The translations under genes were made by a program, and so were the position numbers. A stretch of 57,258 bases of DNA, filler included, from Squatina squatina (taxonomy: Eukaryota), in assembly GCA_031763465.1 (NCBI GenBank). It is 4 parts of 3 records of this genome, joined end to end, with 100 filler letters (N's around TTAATTAATTAA, not from the genome) between each part and the next. Parts side by side here need not be neighbours in the genome. Positions count along the whole stretch, not along the records: positions 44,825 to 57,258 come from JARFOE010000192.1; 3 more parts are not named here. The stretch is one strand, 5' to 3'. The notes below the pieces were generated by a model. That model was not told the DNA's origin. It saw only the letters and a list, made by a program, of their open reading frames with translations, and made no database searches. Shown one piece after another: positions 48,098-57,258 of this stretch. How positions within the stretch are numbered: the stretch's first letter is position 1; each line of letters starts with the position of its first letter.

Positions 48098-50199
48098 TTG
48101 AAGCCTTATACTGAACATGATGGTACCAGAGTAAACGGCCCACGTTAATAAGAGAAATATAACTTGTACTTGAATTTGGCACTGCCACTAATACAATTAA
48201 CATGGAAACTTTGAAATACAAGAATAAATGGAACATTTCTAGCAATACACTGGTTTGTATGTATGGATACTTTACAGTGCCCTGCTATGGCTCACATTTA
48301 TTTATGCATTATCCCAAATCTATTTAATATATATTTTAAAGAAATAATCAAACTTAAGCAGTGAAAGTTATATTCGCTGGTATGGAGCTGAAGTAGACAT
48401 TTTTATACTTGGTATGCTGCAGTATGCCATTGTCAATCAGCATTGTATATTCTTCTGTACAAAACCCTATTATAATAATCTAGCTGAATTTCTTCTTGAA
48501 GAAGCAGTTCTCCTCATTTGCTAAACCCAAGATGGTGAATGTATCCAGTGTAAAAATGAGGATGAAGTCTTAAAGACCAACAGTATATATTCATAGTCTA
48601 ACATAAACCAGATCACCCCGTTCGATCACATGTTTCAAATAACAAAATTAGGTGCCCCTTCAATAAAACTCCACTTAAATTAGAGCTATTATTTCCTTCC
48701 ATCTATTGCAGGTATTGTAAAGCTGTCAGGTGCCATACCGACGTAATTACTAAATCACATCCAAAATTTAATTTTAACCACAAAATCTAAAATTTTAAAA
48801 ATGGACACACGCATACAATCACGCACATGCTTCCTAATTACATCTGGTAATGTAAGCATTTCGCAGCAAAGTTATGACAATATAGTTCCCACAGGATGAA
48901 TGCATTTTACTGTTTAACCACACCAACATGTGTAGTCACTTTCCATTATTGTGCTCATCCTAAAGGAACTGATTCTAAGTGGGAGCACACATTAAGGGAC
49001 CTTTCACTGACTTGATATTGTCCATGAGAGGTTAACTGAACTGTTGAAATTTGACTACTTAGAAGTATGGTGAAAGATGATAAAAGCTTCCTCCCTCTGG
49101 TGGCTATTATTAGCAAATCAATATTGACTACAATTGAGAACAATTATAGTTAATCATTGTCCTGAGAGTTATAATACTCTGAGGGTATCATTATATGAGG
49201 CCACTTCTGTAACCCTTCAGGTAAAGTTTATCAATTATATCCAGAAAGCTCCAGCTAATATTATTTCATTTATGCCCTTAACTTTGTTTTTTAAAGTTAA
49301 CATTTTCCCTATTTTGGCCAGACTATTACTTGACGCATTATTGTCTTCTGCAATCACTTATTGAAGACTATTGCTCACTGATGTCAATTGGTAGGCAAGT
49401 GAACCATGTTTCACACTTAGACTTTCAGTCTAAGGCTATAAGAATTACAGTTAGAATGGGTTCTGGTAATCTCATCTGTGCCCATCTGTGTGGATATAAA
49501 TTCACAGCACTAAAATTGCCTTGAGACTAGTATCTTGTCTGGTTAGTATCTCAGCTCAACAGAAACTTGGCGGTTGGAATTGAACCTGAATTGTGTTAAC
49601 AATGTAGGGACAAAGCATTATTTAGTTAAACTGTTTTATCAAGATAAGTAACTGAGCGAGATCGGTTTGTTTACAGCAAACCAGTGGATATAAAGAGAAA
49701 CACTTGTCTAACTTTCCTCAAAAAGCACCACAAATATACATATCCAGTCCAACATAAACTATTAGTACCTGGAAATCATAAGCTGGAAAGTATAACAAAT
49801 CCACTTAACATTAATGGTGAAAACCATATCTCTCCTGCTTAAGGTGGGAACCTTTCCACACATGATTTCTTTCTGTTCAGAAGGTTATGGGGTGATATGA
49901 TTGAGATTTTTAGGCTTTTGAATGGAGTTGATAGAGTAAGTAGAGTGCTAAAGATCACAGGACCAGGCACAGACAAACTAGAGAGATACTTTTGGAGGAA
50001 CTGCTCAAAAGTGAAGATTCATTAAATGTATGCCTCTCAACAGTGTGAACAAATTCTACATTCTCGCAACTTGGTTTATCTATACACAGGAGAATTAACC
50101 AACAGTCTACAGGGCAGATGATGTGTGCAGGCTCAAACGAATAAGGAAATAGGATAGACTCAATGTGATACTTTAGAAGCTCAACTTCCCATATCTAAA

Positions 50200-50408
50200 G
50201 AACTAGCATTTATATATTGATTTCACATCCTCAGAATGTCCCAGTGTTTCACAGGCCATGAATTTCTTTAAGTGCACTGTTATGTGGACAAACACTTACA
50301 CATTTGTACACAGCAAGGTCCCACAAACATCAAAAATGTTAAATGACAAAATAATTTTTTTTGGTGGCACTGATGGAAGGATAAATGTTGTCCAGGACAC
50401 CAGGAGAG
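50200..50408 (-). mobile_element. SacSINE1-like SINE 3' portion
   Basis: GCATTTATAT...CACATCCTCAGAATGTCCC...GTACACAGCAAGGTCCCACAAACA...GGATAAATGTTGTCCAGGACACCAGGAGA. Confidence 0.55.
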
Positions 50409-51639
50409 GTCTCTGATTATATAGCTTCAGGCAAAAGAATCAGACAAGAATCAGGGAATTTACAGAGCAGTTAGTCTAGCATTGGCAGTGAGCCTGTGAG
50501 CAAAACCTATTTCTAAATTATTNNNNNNNNNNNNNNNNNNNNNNNNNNNNNNNNNNNNNNNNNNNNNNNNNNNNNNNNNNNNNNNNNNNNNNNNNNNNNN
50601 NNNNNNNNNNNNNNNNNNNNNNAAGGCAGGTGTATGGAGTTAGAATGCAGATCAGCCATTATCTAATTGAATGACGGAACATGCTCGATGGGTTGAATGG
50701 CCTATATTCCTATGTCCTGCATGGAAAATATGCTGTTTCTTACACCTAGCATAGCTAGCATGCCAAGGGAATTTGTTTTTTTAGTACTAAGGATAATACA
50801 TATGTTCCACATTAAGTTACACCCATAAATTCACTAATCACAGTGAAAGCAGACACCATTGTGCTAGGGTGTGCTGGGTCAAACCTATCTCCCCAGTGTG
50901 TACCACTGCAATCCAGTACTGAGTAATGAAACGTGCTTCACTATTATGATGACATGCCCAGTGATTACTGAAAATTTATTACATTCATAAAATGTAAAAT
51001 TTCTAATGCTCAGTTTGTTGAATATATAAGAGTCAACTGCAGTATCCAACCCAAGGCACTAATTCAACAGCTGAGTGGAGTCTGAGCTCAATTGGATACA
51101 TAGTCTTCCGGAAACCAAATATTTCACTGCAATATTCGCAAAAGGAGGGCTTGATAATGAATATCTTTCCTTGAAATCATTTATTTATTAAACAAGTAAG
51201 TATCATGAGCAGTTATGCAACAGCAGCATGGAGTTTACAATTGTGCTGGGAACTGATGTCTGATTGTTTTGTTTTTTTGCAAGTTGTTATTTTCTCCAGT
51301 TTGTACTCCCTCACACCCAGTAAAGTCTCCAGGTACCTCAGAATTCTGTCTGCTGCTTTCAGGTTTGCTTTTGGGAAGTGCACTGGAGTAGCCTGGGATG
51401 GGTCTCATTCTCTTTGTTAAGCCTTCTATTTCTTGCTCCATTTGATGCCCTGGTTAGTATCTCCCAGCAACAGCAGTATTGAAATTGCAAAAGCTTACTG
51501 AGTTATTGCAGTGAAGCATGTTCAAACTCTTGTGTTCCATCTGCATGTGTCATCCTTAATTCTGTTGTGTTGCTGCGGTATTTAGTTATGGGTTCCTCTG
51601 ATGTAAAATTGATAAGAAATCGTGTTTACCACTTGTCTG

Positions 51640-54600
51640 TTTCTGCTCTTTCTGCAGTTGCTGCTGCTCCCACTCTTTCACTAGTCCCTGCTGCTCCCAC
51701 TTTTTCTATAGTGCCCACTGCTGCCGCTCTTTCTCTTGTCCCTGCTGCTCCTGCTCTTTCTCCATTTCCTGCTGCTCCTGCTCCTTCTGTAGTCCCTGCT
51801 GCTCCCGCTATTTCTGTAGTCCCAGCTGCTCCCGCTCTTTCTCTAGTCCCTGCTGCTCACGCTTTTTCTGCAGTCCCTGCTGCTCACGCTCTGTCTCTAG
51901 TCCCTGCTGCTTCCGCTCGTTCTGTACTCCCTGCTGCTCCCCCTCTATTTCTAGTCCCTTCTGCTCCCGCTTTTTTTCTATTCCCTGCTGCTCCCGCTCT
52001 TTCTGTAGTCCCTGCTGCTCCCCTCTTTCTGTACTTCCTGCTGCTGCCCTCTTTCACTATTCCTTGCTGATCCTGCTCTTTCTCTAGCTCCTCCTGCTCC
52101 CACTCTTTCTGTCCTCCCTGCTGCTCCTGCTCTTTCTCTGGTTCCTGCTGCTCCCGCTCTTTCTCCAGTCCCTGCCTATCCACACTTTCTCTGGTCCCTG
52201 CTGCTCTCCTCTTTCTCTAGTCCCTGCTGCTCCTGCACTTTCTGGAGTCTGTGCTGCTCCCGCTCTTACTCTAGTCCCTGCTGCTCCCCTCTTTCTCTAG
52301 TCCCTTCTGCTCCTGCTCTTTCAGGAGTCCCTGCTGCTCCCGCACTTTCTCTAGTCCCTGCTGCTCCCCTCTTTCTCTCGTCCCTGCTGCTCTTGCTCTT
52401 TCGCTAGTTCCTGCTGCTCCTGCCCGTTCTGTAGTCCCTGCTGCTCCCACCCTTTTTTTAGTTCCTGCTGCTCCCGCTCTTTCTCCAGTCCCTGCTGCTC
52501 CCACTCTTTCTCTAGTGTCTGCTGCTCCTGCACTTACTGTAGTCCCTGCTGCTCCTGCTCTTTCTCTAGTACATGCTGCTCCTGCTCGTTCTGTAGTCCC
52601 TGCTGCTCCCACTCTTTCTGTAGTCCCCACTGCTGCCGCTCCTTCTCTCGTCCCTGCTGCTCCTGCTCTTTCTCTAGTTCCTGCTGCTCCTGCTACTTCT
52701 GTAGTCCCTGCTGCTCCCACTCTTTCCCTAGTCCCTGCTGCTCCTGCTCTTTCTCAAGTCCCTGCTGCTCCTACTCTTTCTCCAGTCCCTGTTGCTCCCG
52801 CTCTTTCTCTAGTCCCTGACAATCCTGCTCTTTCTCTAGTCCCTGCTGCTCCTGCTCCTTCTCTAGTCCCTGCTGCTCCTGCCATTTCTCTAGTTCCTGC
52901 TGCTCCTGCCCTTTTTCTAGTTCCTGCTGCTCCTGCCTATTCTCTAGTCCCTGCTGCTCCTGCTCTTTCTCTACTTCCTGCTGCTCCCGCTCGGTCTCTA
53001 GTCCCTGCTGCTCTCCTCTTTCTCTTGTCCCTGCTGCTCTCCTCTTTCTCCACTTCTTGCTGCTGCCGCCCTTTCACTAGTCCCTGCTGCTCCTGCTCAT
53101 TCTATAATCCCTGCTGCTCCCTTCTTTCTCTAGTCCCTGCTTCTCCCACTCTTTCTCCTGTTTCAGCTGCCCCTGCTCCTTCTGTAGTCCCTGCTGCTCC
53201 CACATTTTCTCTAGTCCCTGCTGCTCCCACTCTTTCTGTAGTCCCCACTGCTGCCACACTTTCTCTAGTCCCTGCTGATTCTGCTTTCTCTAGTTCCTGC
53301 TGCTCCTGCTCCTTCTGCTGTCCCTGCTGCTCCCGCTCTTTCTCTAGTCCCTGCTACTCCTGCTCTTTCTCTGGTCCCTGTTGCTCCTGCTCTTTCTCTA
53401 GTCCCTGCTGCTTCTGCCCTTTTTCTAGTTCCTGCTGCTCCCGCTCTTTCTCTAGTTCCTGCTGCTCCCACTCTTTCTGGAGTCCCCACTGCTGCCGCTC
53501 TTTCTCTAGTCCCTACTGCTCCTGCTCTTTCTCTAGTTCCTGCTGCTCCTGCTGCTTCTGTAGTCCGTGCTGCTCCCACTCTTTCTCTCGTCCCTGCTGC
53601 TCCTGCTCTTTCTCGAGTCGCTGCTGCTCCCACTCTTTCTCTAGTCCCTGTTGCTCCCGCTCTTTCTCTAGTCCCTGATGATCCTGCTCTTTCTCTAGTC
53701 CCTGATGATCCTGCTCTTTCTCTAGTCCCTGCTGCTCCTGCTCTTTCTCAAGTCCCTGCTGCTCCTGCCCTTTCTCTAATTCCTGCTGCTCCTGCTCTTT
53801 CTCTAATCCCTGCTGCTCCTGCTCTTTCTCAAGTCTCTGCTGCTCTCCTCTTTCTCTTGTCCCTGCTGCTCTCCTCTTTCTCTAGTTCTTGCTGCTGCCG
53901 CACATTCTCTAGTCCCTGCTGCTCCTGCTCATTCTATAATCCCTGCTGCTCCCTTCTTTCTCCAGTCCCTGCTGCTACCACTCTTTCTCCTGTTCCTGCT
54001 GCCCCTGCTCCTTCTGAAGTCCCTGCTGCCCCCGCTCTTTCTGTAGTCCCTGCTGCTCCCGCTCTTTCTGTAGTCCCTGCTGCTCATGCACTTTCTGTAG
54101 TCCCTGCTGCTCATGCTCTGTCTCTAGACCCTGTTGCTTCCGCTCGTTCTGTACTCCCTGCTACTCCCCCTCTATTTCTAGTCACTGGTGCTCCCGCTTT
54201 TTTTCTATTCCCTGCTGCTTCCGCTCTTTCTGCAGTCCCTGCTGCTCCCCTCTTTCTGTACTTCCTGCTGCTGCCCTCTTTCACGAGCCCTTGCTCATCC
54301 TGCTCTTTCTCTAGCTCCTGCTGCTCCCACTCTTTCTGTCCTCCCTGCTGCTCCTGCTCTTTCTCTAGTTCCTGCTGCTCCCGCTCTTTCTCCAATCCCT
54401 GCCTATCCAATCTTTCTCTAGTACCTGCTGCTCTCACTCTTTCTGTAGTCCCCACTGCTGCCACTCTTTCTCTAGTCCCTGTTGATCCTGCTCTTTCTCT
54501 AGTTCCTGCTGCTCCTGCTCCTTCTGCTGTCCCTGCTGCTCCCGTTCTTTCTCTAGTCACTGCTACTCCTGCTCTTTCCCTAGTCCCTGTTGCTCCTGCT

Positions 54601-54849
54601 CTTTCTCTAGTCCCTGCTGCTCCTGCCCTTTTTATAGTTCCTGCTGCTCCCGCTCTTTCTCTCGTCCCTGCTGCTCCTGCCCTTTTTATAGTTCCTGCTG
54701 CTCCCGCTCTTTCTCAAATCCCTGCTGCTCCTGCCCTTTTTATAGTTCCTGCTGCTCCCGCTCTTTCTCAAATCCCTGCTGCTCCTGCCCTTTTTATAGT
54801 TCCTGCTGCTCCCGCTCTTTCTCAAATCCCTGCTGCTCCTGCCCTTTTT
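51640..54849. repeat. Minisatellite of at least 3.2 kb, 27-bp unit, with higher-order duplications
   Basis: Tandem CTTTCTCTAGTCCCTGCTGCTCC(T/C)GCT, with strong pyrimidine skew, running into an N gap. The long PAAPALSLV, GAAGTRERA and EQQGLEKE ORFs are translations of the unit. Confidence 0.95.
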
Positions 54850-56149
54850 NNNNNNNNNNNNNNNNNNNNNNNNNNNNNNNNNNNNNNNNNNNNNNNNNNN
54901 NNNNNNNNNNNNNNNNNNNNNNNNNNNNNNNNNNNNNNNNNNNNNNNNNTAGCCTTTGGATTAAAAGCCACTCTGTACAAAATATAAATATGGGCTGGAA
55001 ACTGTATTAGCAGGGGTTAAAGAGTTAAGTAGAAAACTAACTCCTATGAGTGAAGGTTATGCAGTGAAACAGGACAAAGTTATTCAGGAAGCAGCTTGTT
55101 CACATTTTACTGCACACAGAATATGAGTTAGAGCTTAATCACTCTGTGACAAGAGTAAACAGTAATTTTTCTCTGGATAACATTATGTGATTTTGCCACC
55201 AATTTTTCCATACAAAACAGCAGGGTGTGAAACAGATTCCAGTGGAATACTATGCTTATTTTGGCTCATTGCAACACATTTCAATGGTTCTCTAGTGAAG
55301 GTTTCTGGTATGCAATCTGGAGCATGCTTTATTTCTATAATTTAAACTAAATGTTTAAAAAAAATATAATTAATGGTATTTTTCATTCTTAAAAATTATT
55401 TTGAAAAGTTAACAATAGTAAAACCTCATTAAAATGCAATTTCATATGCTGCAATTCGATATGAATATAAATAATTTAAAATACACTTCAATTATCTCTT
55501 GTTCTTAGCATCAGGAGTTTCAATTAAATTGCCATAGTCATTAATCTAATAAGGTTTTCTGTTTCAACCTGGAATTTACATGAGGAATGACTCAAATGTT
55601 CAAGGTAGCTCAACAAACATAAAGTTACTTCTAGCCTGACTAGAAGACCATGATTTGAATCCCAAAGTGATCATTTAAATCCGAATGCAGAGATTTGGTG
55701 AGTATTGTTCATTCTCAGTTGGCCCACTCGGTAGAGTACTCAAAGCATTCCATTTTACCCCAGTGGATGTTGGAAAATTTACCACTGCCTGGCTCGATCT
55801 GATTAAATCAAGTTCACTGATGCTGAAATAGATGACCATGTAGCTGCCACCCATTGCTTGAACAAATACCCGGGTAACGCTAATCACCGTAATATCTACA
55901 AGCAAAACAACATAAAGCCAATTGTTCTTCTTATAAAAATATTACTGATTCAGAATTAAATGTGGAAAAAGTAACAACAGAGCCACAGCTGAAAATTCAA
56001 TCAACTACCTCAAAGAAGTACAAGTAGTACCGGCAATGTGCTTGAATGGGAATGATCAGGAAAACAAGTGTGGTATTTGAATTAGAGTTTGAGGTCTGAT
56101 GGGAAGTGTTTAATGTGTCTGAAGGTGAGTGTATCAAAACTTTTTTTTT

Positions 56150-56522
56150 AAAGTAATTCATGTGGTACTGCTGGCAAGGCCTGTATTTATTGTTCATCGT
56201 CAATTGCCCTTGAGAAGGTGGTGGTGAGACTGCGGCGGTCTGTGTGGTGAATGTGCACCTACAGTGCTGTTAGGGAGGGAGTTCCAGGACTTTGAGCCAG
56301 CGATGATGAAGGAACAGCGATATATTTCCAAGTCAAGATGGTGTGTGACTTGGAAGGGAACTTGGAGGTGGTGGTGTTCCCACGCACTTGCTGCCCTTGT
56401 CCTTCCTAGAGTTCTCAGGTTTGGGAGGTGCTGTCGAAGAAGCCTTGGTGAGTTACTGCAGTGCATCTTCCAGATGGTACACACTGAAGCCACAGTGCAC
56501 CGGTGATGGAGGGAGTGAATGT
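56150..56522 (-). mobile_element. CR1/L2-group LINE 3' fragment
   Basis: Reverse complement of the family at 45395-45950 (CSNSPRLLRQHLPN...RTRAASAWEHHHLQVP...SKSWNSLPNSTVG). Confidence 0.75.
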
Positions 56523-57258
56523 AAAAGGGTGTAAAGATAAACCCAGCAACTACAGGCCAGTCAGCTTAACCTTGGTAGTGGGGAAGCTTTTGGAAATTGT
56601 AATCAGGGACAAAATTAACAGTCACTTGGATAGGGGTGGATTAATCAAGAAAAGCCAGCACGGATTTCTTAAAGGCAAATCGTGTTTAAGCAACTTGATT
56701 GAGTTTTTTGATGAGGTAACAGAGAGGGTTGATGAGGGCAATGCCTTTGACATGGTGTACATGGATTTCCAAAAGGCATTCGACAAAGTGCCACAAAATA
56801 GGCTTGCCAGCAAAATTGAAGCCCATGGAATAAGAGGTACTGTGGCAGCCTGGATACGAAATTGGCTAAGTGACAATAGAGTAATGGTGAACAGTTGTTT
56901 TTCGGAGTGGAGGAAGGTACACAGTGGTGTTCCCCAGGGGTCAGTACTAGGACCACTGCTTTTCTTGATGTATATTAATGACTTGGATGTGGGTGTACAG
57001 GGCACAATTTCAAAATTTGAAGATAACACAAAGCGTGGAAGTATAGTGAAAGGTGAGAAGGATAGTGACAGACATCAAGGGGATGTGATAGGCCGGTGGA
57101 ATGGGCAAACACGTGCAGATGAAGTTTAATGCAGAAAAGTGTGAATTGATACATTTTGGTAGGAAGAATGAGGAAAGGCAATATAAAGGGTACAATTCTA
57201 AAGGGAGTGCATGAACACAGAGACCGGGGTGGGGTATATGTGCACAATTCGTTGAAGG
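56523..57258 (+). mobile_element. CR1 LINE reverse-transcriptase fragment (runs off window)
   Basis: NYRPVSLTLVVGKLLE, SQHGFLKGKSCLSNLIEFF, YMDFQKAFDKVP and SGVPQGSVLGPLLFLMYINDL. The catalytic KFADD is degenerate (KFEDN) and a frameshift follows. Confidence 0.92.

Noticed and set aside
51567-54987. Pro/Ala-rich or Cys/Ser-rich proteins of 170-390 aa
   Set aside because: They are frame translations of the 27-bp minisatellite with frequent frame switches and no splice or flanking support.

Overview
This is eukaryotic DNA: a repeat-rich, gappy draft assembly, most likely from a shark or other elasmobranch judging by its repeat families. It is not one locus. Three artificial 100-bp spacers (N44-TTAATTAATTAA-N44, cores at 15628, 31298 and 44769) join four unrelated scaffolds. 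Scaffold 1 (1-15583) holds an apparently intact two-exon GPR139/GPR142-like class A GPCR on the minus strand (332 aa). It also holds a 47-50-bp satellite array interrupted by an RTE LINE, itself interrupted by a truncated Penelope-like element whose terminal repeat carries a minimal hammerhead-ribozyme motif. Scaffold 2 (15684-31253) has two SMCHD1 exons followed on the same strand by the large coiled-coil exon of EMILIN2. Scaffold 3 (31354-44724) has five RAPGEF5 exons on the minus strand, including exons of both long and short isoforms, plus a hAT element and a decayed CR1. Scaffold 4 (44825-57258) is repeats only: CR1/L2 fragments and a 3.2-kb 27-bp minisatellite. Gene identities come from recalled similarity to human proteins plus splice-site and phase checks, not from database searches. 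I found no evidence for a wholly new multi-gene system. The most notable items are the hammerhead-bearing Penelope-like inserts, the dual-use RAPGEF5 exon, the GPCR lacking its expected ECL2 cysteine, and a candidate micro-exon.
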